From IMG/VR virus record IMGVR_UViG_3300032038_000003, positions 128,001-192,000 of that record: 64,000 bases of DNA; one strand, written 5' to 3'. A model generated the notes under the pieces. The model ran no database searches. It was not told the DNA's origin and saw nothing but the letters and a program-made list of their open reading frames with translations. Position 1 is the stretch's first letter, and every line of letters begins with the position of its first letter. Position numbers and translations under genes: made by a program. Shown piece by piece: positions 40,294-49,060 of this stretch. This DNA is from a virus (taxonomy: Duplodnaviria; Caudoviricetes).

Positions 40294-41979
40294 TTATTTT
40301 GTCAATATTCGGCTCGACCCACGAGAACCAGAGCCGTCACTCACATAAGAACGGCGGTTAAACGAACTACGCGAACGCGACCCGCAACTAGCACCGCTAG
40401 ACCAGCTACCCCCAGCACGAAGCACATATGGGTCTCCGTATTCTTGTCCAAATGAAGCATTCTGGTCAGTTGTCGTCCATCCATTTCCTCCAACAGAAGA
40501 AGTTTCTTGTAACCATTGCCATAAATATCCACACATTTCTTCACATCCAATGGCAGATATCATACGTCTATTATCAGTATCTTTATGACCACCAACAGTA
40601 CTAGCATCAGCTGTTCCAGCAATACTTGTTTTTTCGTTAGAACCCAGTGCAGCACTTGTAAATTCGTTATCATATAATAACTTTTTACCAACCATACGCA
40701 TATCTTCGGCATGGTTATATGGTTGTCTGGACACCGTATGAGTCTGATTATATTTAGAACGTGTATTATGTCCAGTACCAGACTGTAAATAGATATCTAT
40801 TACTTTATTAATGTCTTTATCATAAACCATTCCATCTTCAAATAAAGTATCTGGATACCAGTTAAGACAGAATACAGATTCTGGTAAAATATCTCCAGCT
40901 TGAAATCCAGAAAGAGGATGGTCTACAGTTACTACATCATATTGAGATTGTGTAGTAACAGTTTTTACTTTTTTATTATAAAAGGCATAAAAATCTGGAT
41001 CTTTTTCTTGTCTATAAGATTTAATTAAATAATCTGTATTTGTGGTATATCCAGAAGAAGCTGGTGCTGGAGCTGTCATAGTAACATTAACTCCAACATC
41101 TACACATAAAGTGTGTAATCTACCTATTTTATTACCAGTAGATTGATAGTCTGTGTAAGCTGAAATATCTCCATTATTGTCTATATATAAATAATAATCA
41201 GCTCCGCCTTGTGTAATATAACTGGTTAAATCTATATGAGTATCTGTAATATAAGATTTAATAGAGCCATTAGGAAGTTTAATATTAGTACCAGCTTTGA
41301 TAATAACACCACGTTTATTTTCTGGATCAAATCTAAGCCATCTATCTATTAAAGCATTTCCAGGTACTTTTTCAGAAGTTCCACTACTACCAGAACCAGA
41401 TGTATCTATTTGAGAAATTAAATTGTCTACTTCTGTTTTTGTATAGTAACTAGTTAATGTATTTTGAAAACTTGTAGTAGATACATAATTAATTAAAGCC
41501 GCATTAAGAGCAGTTAATGTCACATAATCAGACAAATTAATTTTTGTATCACCAATAAGTTCCCATCCTTCAGTTGTACCATCTAAATTAATGTATTCGT
41601 CTTTAATATTCCTAGTTTTAGAAGTAGTACTTGGCACAAGATAAATATGGTTAGTCGAAATATCAGTAGTTGGCAATTCGTTTACTAACAAAAAGCCACC
41701 AGATGTTTGCTGATTAATTAAAGTATTAACCTCGGTTTTTGAATATGTTTCTGTTTTTAAATAATAATTTATTAAATTATTAACAGTATTAGTAATAAAA
41801 CCAGAATCGTTATTTAAATCACTGGTTTTTGTAGGCTGTGACATATTATCGATTTTAGTAAGTAAAGTATTAATTTCAGACTGAGTATACTGAATTGTCT
41901 GCATATCTTGTTTAACTTTGTCGAGCATTGCTTCGATTTCAGTAGAGGTATGTTTAGATATAAATTTTTCTTCAGCCAT
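40294..41979 (-). CDS. Mtd-like receptor-binding protein with C-terminal C-type-lectin (FGE-like) fold; DGR target
   Basis: HPLSG..AGDILPESV, IDIYLQSG, GCEEMCGYLWQW, RAGGSWSSGASCGSRSR...GSRG: the motif series of major-tropism-determinant-like proteins. Confidence 0.85.
   Translation of the reverse strand: MAEEKFISKHTSTEIEAMLDKVKQDMQTIQYTQSEINTLLTKIDNMSQPTKTSDLNNDSGFITNTVNNLINYYLKTETYSKTEVNTLINQQTSGGFLLVNELPTTDISTNHIYLVPSTTSKTRNIKDEYINLDGTTEGWELIGDTKINLSDYVTLTALNAALINYVSTTSFQNTLTSYYTKTEVDNLISQIDTSGSGSSGTSEKVPGNALIDRWLRFDPENKRGVIIKAGTNIKLPNGSIKSYITDTHIDLTSYITQGGADYYLYIDNNGDISAYTDYQSTGNKIGRLHTLCVDVGVNVTMTAPAPASSGYTTNTDYLIKSYRQEKDPDFYAFYNKKVKTVTTQSQYDVVTVDHPLSGFQAGDILPESVFCLNWYPDTLFEDGMVYDKDINKVIDIYLQSGTGHNTRSKYNQTHTVSRQPYNHAEDMRMVGKKLLYDNEFTSAALGSNEKTSIAGTADASTVGGHKDTDNRRMISAIGCEEMCGYLWQWLQETSSVGGNGWTTTDQNASFGQEYGDPYVLRAGGSWSSGASCGSRSRSSFNRRSYVSDGSGSRGSSRILTK
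40312..40425 (-). other. DGR variable region (VR)
   Basis: 38 consecutive codons with no third-position A, only 10 A in 114 nt, about 60% GC in an AT-rich genome; every A-containing codon ends in C/T. Confidence 0.8.
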
Positions 41980-41990
41980 TTTGTTTTCTC

Positions 41991-42272
41991 CTATTTACTA
42001 TAAAATATTTTACCGTCTGCGGTTACTATTAATTTATTATCACTCGTTCTAAAATTAGTATTAGGCTCTATATCATAATTATCAAGCATTTCTTGTATCA
42101 TAGCTTGAATTTCTGCTTTTGTATAGGTCTGTACTTCTGGTATATTATCAATCTGTGTATTTACATATTGTTTTAACGAATCAGTAGCGTCTGATAATAA
42201 AGACTGAAAATATTTTTTAAGTTCTTTATTATTTTCTTCCATGACTCGCTTTATATATTCTTTAGTATTCAT
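41991..42272 (-). CDS. Small fibre adaptor-like protein
   Basis: TGATG overlap with the upstream gene; motifs YTKAEIQAMI and FRTSDNKLIVTADGKIF shared with neighbours. Confidence 0.55.
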   Translation of the reverse strand: MNTKEYIKRVMEENNKELKKYFQSLLSDATDSLKQYVNTQIDNIPEVQTYTKAEIQAMIQEMLDNYDIEPNTNFRTSDNKLIVTADGKIFYSK

Positions 42273-43648
42273 CACGAGTCACCTTCTTTCGCTACGAATA
42301 CTTTATTGTCTTGAGTATTGTCAGCCATAATAAAATTCGTTTTATATTCTGAAGGCCATAAATAGTTAATCAGTTTAGTAACATCTGATTCAGTAAAAGC
42401 TTCTATTAGTTCGTTATTATTATATAGTAATTTTCCGTCATTGTCAGTAGAAAACTTATCTATAACTGATTGATTAGTATGTTTATGACTGTTATCAATA
42501 ACAGTTTGAGTCAAATTATCAAGAGCTAATTTATTAGTATGTTTATGACTATCATCTATTATTTGTTGCGTAACATTATCTAATACAGACTTATTAGTAT
42601 GAGTATGAGAATTATCTATTACTGATTGTGTAAGATTATCTAATACTGATTTATTGCTATGAGTATGAAGATTAGATATATTTGTATTAATATTATCTAT
42701 ATCTTGACCTAACTGGTCCAGCTCATCATTAACATTTTGTTCTAATTGGTCAATTTCGTCATTAATATCTTGAACGTCTTGATCATGTTTATTTTCAAGT
42801 GCATCTATATTATCTTGTAACTCTTTAGCTTTGTCAGTAATAGTTTTATTGATATCAGTATCTAATTGTGTAACAGTATCAGATAAATCAGAAATGTCTT
42901 TTTGTAAATCTTGGACATCTTGATTATGTTTCGCTTCTAAATCAGAAATAGACTTGTTAATAGCTGTTTCTTTTGTAGTAATAGTATTATTGATGGTATC
43001 TACTGCTGATTGTAACATGGTTTTAGTTACATAATCAGATAAGTCAATCCTGGTATTTCCTATTTTTTCCCATTGACCATCAAGGTACATATATTCTTCA
43101 TATAAGTCATCCTGTTCTGGATCTATCTGAAGAAAATATATGGTCATTGTTTTAATATCTTCTGTAGGTAATTCAGTACATTTTATAATCTCAAAACTTG
43201 TTAACTGATCAAATAAAGATTTTGCATATGCTTTTGCATTACCAAGAGTAGCGTTCCATAAATCTTTATCTGCTTGAGTAACGTGAATTGTAAGATTGTC
43301 TGCATGACTTTTAACAGTATCGTCTGTATATTGAGCGGTACTGTTCCATTTATCACGTTCAGCTGCTGTAATATGTATATCAGTATTATTTTTGTGTAAG
43401 TCATAATCATCAGCAAGATTATTAATACGATTAGTAAATTTGGTATCCAATAAAGATATCTGATATGTCATATCAGAATTAAGCTGATCAATATCGTCAT
43501 CAAGAGATTGCAATTTATTATCTATTGTATTATGTAAATCTTTTTGATTTGTAGCAAATTGATTTACGTATGCAATTAACAAATTAATCTCTTGATTAAT
43601 TTTTGCATTATTTAGTTGCAACGCTAATTTTAAATTGTTTAATGTCAT
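42272..43648 (-). CDS. Coiled-coil tail fibre shaft protein with HxHxN repeats
   Basis: Heptad coiled coils; HITAAERDKWN/HVTQADKDLWN; ELPTEDIKTMTIYF...WEKIGNTRIDLSDYVT module; four 20-aa repeats. Confidence 0.7.
   Translation of the reverse strand: MTLNNLKLALQLNNAKINQEINLLIAYVNQFATNQKDLHNTIDNKLQSLDDDIDQLNSDMTYQISLLDTKFTNRINNLADDYDLHKNNTDIHITAAERDKWNSTAQYTDDTVKSHADNLTIHVTQADKDLWNATLGNAKAYAKSLFDQLTSFEIIKCTELPTEDIKTMTIYFLQIDPEQDDLYEEYMYLDGQWEKIGNTRIDLSDYVTKTMLQSAVDTINNTITTKETAINKSISDLEAKHNQDVQDLQKDISDLSDTVTQLDTDINKTITDKAKELQDNIDALENKHDQDVQDINDEIDQLEQNVNDELDQLGQDIDNINTNISNLHTHSNKSVLDNLTQSVIDNSHTHTNKSVLDNVTQQIIDDSHKHTNKLALDNLTQTVIDNSHKHTNQSVIDKFSTDNDGKLLYNNNELIEAFTESDVTKLINYLWPSEYKTNFIMADNTQDNKVFVAKEGDS
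42460..42670 (-). repeat. Coding tandem repeat, 60-bp period, about 3.5-4 copies
   Basis: HTHSNKSVLDNLTQSVIDNS / HTHTNKSVLDNVTQQIIDDS / HKHTNKLALDNLTQTVIDNS / HKHTNQSVID. Confidence 0.9.
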
Positions 43649-43673
43649 TAGCCTACTCCTATTATAATGTATA

Positions 43674-44006
43674 TTAGTTTAATTTTCCTATTTCCAAATA
43701 TGGGTCAGTTGACCATAATGTGTTTATCATTGTAGAAATGTTTTCATCTTTATATTCACGAGATACAATAACGTCGTCAAAATATAGTTCTTGATCATGA
43801 TAATCAAATCTGTCTAAAAAAGTACCATCAACAAATAAACCATCTGATTTTTTTACAAGATGGTTATGCTCTTGTTGTGAAAGTTGGATATTCTGAAATA
43901 AAGGATCGTCTTTATAATATAAGACTCCACTTACTTCAGAAAATGCCTCTAACACATCAAAGTGATTATGATAATGAAGTTTTATTAATCCACCAGCTTC
44001 AAGCAT
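43674..44006 (-). CDS. Small fibre-module protein
   Basis: HYHNHFDVLEAF...LYY, LSQQEHNHLVKKSDGLFV and EYKDENISTMINTLW motifs shared with neighbours. Confidence 0.55.
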   Translation of the reverse strand: MLEAGGLIKLHYHNHFDVLEAFSEVSGVLYYKDDPLFQNIQLSQQEHNHLVKKSDGLFVDGTFLDRFDYHDQELYFDDVIVSREYKDENISTMINTLWSTDPYLEIGKLN

Positions 44007-45211
44007 TATCTCACTCCTATAATTTTATATATACAAACATGATTATAATAAGTTATTTGTAATTTATTACCGTCCATAAATCTTATTTTGGTATTATATG
44101 TACTAATACCGTAATCATGTTCAAGTATATAATCTATATGTTTCTCGTATAATTCTAATAATCCATCTACATCTATCATTTCCATTTTGGCATCGTATGG
44201 ATCCAGGTTAGGATCATCTGGCATTAAATAATAATGAATCATTAGAAAATTAAAATTAGAAATATCTTCTTCAAGTTCGTATATACCAGAATCATTACAG
44301 TTCTGTTCAAGTAATACTACTTTAGAAAGACTAGCTTGTTTTGCTATTGATTCTAATTCAGAACTTAAATCTTTTACGTATAATTTGTTATCGGATCCTC
44401 TAAAAATAGCATTATTAGGATCGTCAGATATTTGCATAACATCAAGAATATCTAAACCATTGTACAAAAGACGATGTGTATTTTCGTCTTCTGTAAACTT
44501 ATCCAGAACATCTTTATTGTCATGATTTTGATAATCTTCTTTTTTAAAGAAAGTATCATCTACATATTCTTTGCGAGCAAATAATTTATACGTTTCTTTT
44601 GTAATGTCTAATGGTATCCAGGTATCCTCTCGATACAAGTATCTTACAAGATATGTCTCTTCTGAATCTGGTATTTGCTCTTGAATACAATACACCGTCG
44701 TAGGTTTAATAAGCGAAGAATCAATTAAATCAAGGTCATCTACGATTGCATAATCATAAATAACAAGTGCTTTTACTAAGTCATCGGCATATTTTTTAGC
44801 AAGTTCTAAGATTTTATCCCAGTTTTCTTTGTCTTGAGCTGTAACGTGGACATCAGCATCATCCAGATGTTCTTGTAATATCTGAGACAAATCTTTTATA
44901 TAAATACCATCTGGTTTAACAACGATAGCATTGCCTTCTTCTTGAGAAGGTTTAATAACAATAGGTTCGCCTTTATAACATAAGACATCATCAACAAGAG
45001 TAAAATTTCTCAGTATGTCAGTTTCTTGATTTGTTGTATGAACATCATCGTTATTTATATGGTCTTGAAATGCTTGATAGAAATCCAGCACGAAAAGACC
45101 ATCTTCTTTTCTTACAAAAGCATTATTAGGCTCTTGAGAGAATTTGAAGAGGGCTTCTAATATGTCTATTAGATCTTCTTTTCGTAATACAGGAGTTTCG
45201 TTATCTATCAT
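44006..45211 (-). CDS. Modular tail fibre protein
   Basis: Three S..xxNA...DG/NxL(F/Y)V repeats, HVTAQDKENWD, HDNKDVLDKF. Confidence 0.6.
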   Translation of the reverse strand: MIDNETPVLRKEDLIDILEALFKFSQEPNNAFVRKEDGLFVLDFYQAFQDHINNDDVHTTNQETDILRNFTLVDDVLCYKGEPIVIKPSQEEGNAIVVKPDGIYIKDLSQILQEHLDDADVHVTAQDKENWDKILELAKKYADDLVKALVIYDYAIVDDLDLIDSSLIKPTTVYCIQEQIPDSEETYLVRYLYREDTWIPLDITKETYKLFARKEYVDDTFFKKEDYQNHDNKDVLDKFTEDENTHRLLYNGLDILDVMQISDDPNNAIFRGSDNKLYVKDLSSELESIAKQASLSKVVLLEQNCNDSGIYELEEDISNFNFLMIHYYLMPDDPNLDPYDAKMEMIDVDGLLELYEKHIDYILEHDYGISTYNTKIRFMDGNKLQITYYNHVCIYKIIGVR

Positions 45212-45219
45212 AATATCTC

Positions 45220-45852
45220 CTAATAAATATCATTTTTTATACGGGTAATAAGGTCTTGTATCTCTTGAGAGGTATAATACCTTAATTTATCCTTTGGTTC
45301 ATAATTTGCATTGTCTCGTAAATTAGTAGCTGTTTTAAATAGTTTATTATCACTATTTACGAATAAATATGGTTCTGCTGAAGCAAAGAATACTTGTGGA
45401 CCAAATCCAACAAAGTATCCACGCTGTATATTTACATATATACCATCATTTGTCGTTACACCTATTATTTTACTTACAATATTAGGTTCGTCTTGAACAA
45501 GCTTGCCAGAAATATTTTGTGATAGATATAACGGAGTATTAAGTGGTATACTACTGTATCTATCTAATATTATACTTCCTTTAAGGGTTAATTCAAAGGA
45601 ATCTTTATCTATGATTTTACTTACAACACCAATAACTTCAGACATTATCTGATTCATCGCTAATGCTCGTCTGTAATGATTTGTTTTATAATCATAATAA
45701 ATAGCATCGCCTAATAGAAAGCCATTATCTAATTCTGTAAGAGAGACGGTTTGCTCTTCGGTTCCATGCATTCCTATATAACTGAAATCTATTAAGTTAT
45801 TATCATCTACGACATCTCTAAAGATAACTGAGTTATTATGCTGTTCTATCAT
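45220..45852 (-). CDS. Structural protein with domain shared with the 672- and 666-aa proteins
   Basis: GFLLGDAIYYD...YRRALA...VIGVVSKIIDKDSFEL...PLYLS...GK. Confidence 0.55.
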   Translation of the reverse strand: MIEQHNNSVIFRDVVDDNNLIDFSYIGMHGTEEQTVSLTELDNGFLLGDAIYYDYKTNHYRRALAMNQIMSEVIGVVSKIIDKDSFELTLKGSIILDRYSSIPLNTPLYLSQNISGKLVQDEPNIVSKIIGVTTNDGIYVNIQRGYFVGFGPQVFFASAEPYLFVNSDNKLFKTATNLRDNANYEPKDKLRYYTSQEIQDLITRIKNDIY

Positions 45853-47867
45853 GCGTTATTAAATACCTCTTGTATAATATTTTGTTTGTCTGTTTCTGTA
45901 ATATGTGGCAAATCCTGTTCATGTTCGTATACTGTATCGCAGTATTTTTTTAATACATCTCCCACTGAAGAGTCTAAAATATTAAGCGTAATAGTATTTC
46001 CAGTATAGAATCCAATTGGAGTATAAAAGTTAGTAGTTAATTCATCATATGTACAGAATTTTCCAGGTTCTGTATCTGATAGATATAAAATACCAGAATC
46101 AGAACTGAAATTATAATTTGTTTCTATTTGACCAAAAGTAAGTAATACAAATTCACTTGCATTAACTATTTTACTTACAATACCAATAACACCATATTGT
46201 TCCTCGTTTGCAAGTCCTTTTTTGTATAGACCATTATTATCTTGATATACTAAATCATATAAGTCAAAATTATGTTTATATTGAAAAATAGTATTTTCTT
46301 GTTTATAAACACCAGTAATATTATTTTGTATTTTATACAAATCAAATAATATATTTTCAAATATATTTTTATAAATATTAGTATTTACTCTATCTTGATT
46401 AGTAGATTCAGCATAAATAGTTATATCTTGTGCTGGCATTTTAAATGTTGTATCTTTTAAAAATGCAGCATATATTTCTACTTGATCATCAGATTTCCAA
46501 TTTTTAAATTTAGATAATGAATCATTAAAATATCCTCTTGTATATTGTAAATTACCCTGTTCTTCAAAAAGATAGGTATATTTTAAGCTTGTACCACCTC
46601 GAACAATGAGATTATAGCTATTTCGTTCGTAATAACAATTTAGAGTAATAATATAATTATCGCTGCTATATTCGATATTTGTAAAATACAAACCACGAAT
46701 ATTTTTAGGTATAAAATTTTCTGTATATAATAATTGTTCAGCTTCTTTAACAACAAATTTATTTGTAGTTAAACTTCTAACAAGATAATTTACTTTAATT
46801 ATTGTATGCTCATTAAGTAATTCAGAAAAATTATCAATTGATAAAGTGCCATCGCCACCAGTACCACCGTTACTCTTTGATGTACCACCTTTTACTGAAC
46901 TTACCAATTGTAATTGTGTAATGATATTCTGACCAGTAAAAATATTGATTGATCCACCACCAGATCCACCACCACCTTTATTACCTCCACCACCTTGACT
47001 TCCATCGGCAGTGTATAAACCGTTACCGTTAATAATACTTGAATAAATAATAAGTAATCCGCCAGTACCAGATTCTCCATCTAAATTTGTGCTCCATCCA
47101 GAAGCATATCTTCCACGTCCACCAGGATTACCAGCACCACCACCAGCATTACGGTTATACCAACTAGAAGACCAACGTGCTCCATATCCGTCTGTACCAG
47201 CACCAGTTCCAGGATTAGGTTTTGGTATAGTAAATGTACCAGGATGATTTAAGTCGCATCCACCAGAGCCTGCTCCACCAGAATAAGAAGATCCTTGACC
47301 TCCTCCTTCATGAATCGTAGTTGACCAATGATCTCCATTACCATGTCCAGATGCACCGTTAGCTCCACCGCCAGTCTGTCTTCCAGTGCCATTATAACCA
47401 GACCCCCTAGCCAATGGACCTTCCCATTTTGCAGTATCTGTTTGAGAATCAGCACCTAAAGCTCCATCTTTTGGAACTATTTGATATTGATCATTTATTT
47501 TACAAAGATATAAATCATTTCCATTACCTTTTGCTCCACGAGCTTTCATGGAAATATTTCCATTATTGGATAATACATTACAATATATGATCATACCTTT
47601 ACACCGATATGGTGGTGTAAAGATTACATCAGAATCAATAGTTATATGTCCGCCTATTATAAGTTGAGTTGCTGCATCTTCTGTATCGCACAAAGAAAAA
47701 ATATTTTGAACTTCTTCATTAGAAGAAAAAGTAAATGAATCTGGTAACTTATATATATTAAAGCTTAATTGCTGTGTATGAATAGTATCAGTAACTGATA
47801 TTTTTTCATCAGCAACTAAACGATCTTTATAATATAAAATTAGATCATAAATAGTATCAAAAGTCAT
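45849..47867 (-). CDS. Glycine-rich putative adhesin/receptor-binding protein (paralog B) with C-terminal shared domain
   Basis: GYNGTGRQTGGG, GGGAGNPGG, SGTGGLLII, GGGGSGGGSINIF; N-terminal half paralogous to the 393-aa protein. Confidence 0.6.
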   Translation of the reverse strand: MTFDTIYDLILYYKDRLVADEKISVTDTIHTQQLSFNIYKLPDSFTFSSNEEVQNIFSLCDTEDAATQLIIGGHITIDSDVIFTPPYRCKGMIIYCNVLSNNGNISMKARGAKGNGNDLYLCKINDQYQIVPKDGALGADSQTDTAKWEGPLARGSGYNGTGRQTGGGANGASGHGNGDHWSTTIHEGGGQGSSYSGGAGSGGCDLNHPGTFTIPKPNPGTGAGTDGYGARWSSSWYNRNAGGGAGNPGGRGRYASGWSTNLDGESGTGGLLIIYSSIINGNGLYTADGSQGGGGNKGGGGSGGGSINIFTGQNIITQLQLVSSVKGGTSKSNGGTGGDGTLSIDNFSELLNEHTIIKVNYLVRSLTTNKFVVKEAEQLLYTENFIPKNIRGLYFTNIEYSSDNYIITLNCYYERNSYNLIVRGGTSLKYTYLFEEQGNLQYTRGYFNDSLSKFKNWKSDDQVEIYAAFLKDTTFKMPAQDITIYAESTNQDRVNTNIYKNIFENILFDLYKIQNNITGVYKQENTIFQYKHNFDLYDLVYQDNNGLYKKGLANEEQYGVIGIVSKIVNASEFVLLTFGQIETNYNFSSDSGILYLSDTEPGKFCTYDELTTNFYTPIGFYTGNTITLNILDSSVGDVLKKYCDTVYEHEQDLPHITETDKQNIIQEVFNNA

Positions 47868-49049
47868 TTATTCACCTTCTATAAACATTAATAGTTTGGT
47901 CAGTTCTCCTACGGCTTGTTGTGTGCTATCTTTATAAATATCAGAATTTAATCTTTTATCGTTATATAAAAAGTAATGTGGAAAATATGATGATGGTATC
48001 ATATCTACAGATATTGTTCCATTACCACCATATCGTCCTCCTTGTCCTCCAATTGCATCGATAGAACCACGGATAAATTGTTTACTGTAAAAAATATTAA
48101 CTGATCCACCGCCAGAACTACCAGCACCACCATGCCAAGAAGCAACTCCATTTGAACTGATAGAACCGTTATTCTGCAAATTAAGAGCAAATATTATCAA
48201 TAATCCACCAGTTCCACTTGCTTGGTTATGGTCTGTACTTGCATTTAATTCTCTTGTAAAACGTCCATCAGTCCATCTTGTGTGTCTACCAGATGGGTTA
48301 CCAACACCACCAGGACAGCCATAATCAGAATAGGCATAATCCCAGTTTTGTGAGCCATGACCACCATGACCACCGTCATCAGTTCCGTTTGGGTCTAATA
48401 TAGGCCCTCCATATTCAGAACTATGTCTATTCCACTGACCAGCTCCAGTACCTCCAGAAAATGATGTACCATTACCACCACGACCAGTCCAAAACCAAAT
48501 ACTGCCCCAAGTCCAAGCTCCACCAGCTATTCCACCGCCACCGCCGCCAGTTTGTCTTCCTGTACCGTTATAACCATTACCACCCCATACCCAAGTACTA
48601 GGGTGTCCTGACCATCCGCTAACAGAAGGAGCACCAGCAGCTCCTACTGCTGGCACATATTCGTTATTATATAGCCATATATTTTGTCCAGTTGCATGTG
48701 CTCCACGAGCAGTCATAGATATAGTGCCATTATTTACAAGATCTTGAACGTCATATATAATTATTCCTTTGCATCTATGCGGAGGAGTAAATATTACATC
48801 ATCTTCTATGGTTAAAGAACATGCCAAAACAATTTGTGTTGCACAATCATCCGTAGTACAAAGAGAAAAAATATTTTTCACGTCGTTACTATTATAAACC
48901 ACAGTTTTAGGTGGTAATTTGTATAAATGCACATTTAAATTTATACCATTGATATTCAAAGTAATGGCTAAAGACGCATTGTTTTTTAGTTTAGTATAAA
49001 AATATTTACAAGCTTTTATTAAATCAGTAAAATGATCTTGATATTGCAT
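47868..49049 (-). CDS. Glycine/tryptophan-rich putative adhesin (paralog A)
   Basis: Poly-Gly segments separated by Trp-rich loops (GGAWTWGSIWFWTGRGGNG). Confidence 0.6.
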   Translation of the reverse strand: MQYQDHFTDLIKACKYFYTKLKNNASLAITLNINGINLNVHLYKLPPKTVVYNSNDVKNIFSLCTTDDCATQIVLACSLTIEDDVIFTPPHRCKGIIIYDVQDLVNNGTISMTARGAHATGQNIWLYNNEYVPAVGAAGAPSVSGWSGHPSTWVWGGNGYNGTGRQTGGGGGGIAGGAWTWGSIWFWTGRGGNGTSFSGGTGAGQWNRHSSEYGGPILDPNGTDDGGHGGHGSQNWDYAYSDYGCPGGVGNPSGRHTRWTDGRFTRELNASTDHNQASGTGGLLIIFALNLQNNGSISSNGVASWHGGAGSSGGGSVNIFYSKQFIRGSIDAIGGQGGRYGGNGTISVDMIPSSYFPHYFLYNDKRLNSDIYKDSTQQAVGELTKLLMFIEGE

Positions 49050-49060
49050 ATAAAGTACTC

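Noticed and set aside
42460-42670. CRISPR array
   Set aside because: The 60-bp periodic repeats are degenerate, in-frame coding repeats with no unique spacers.
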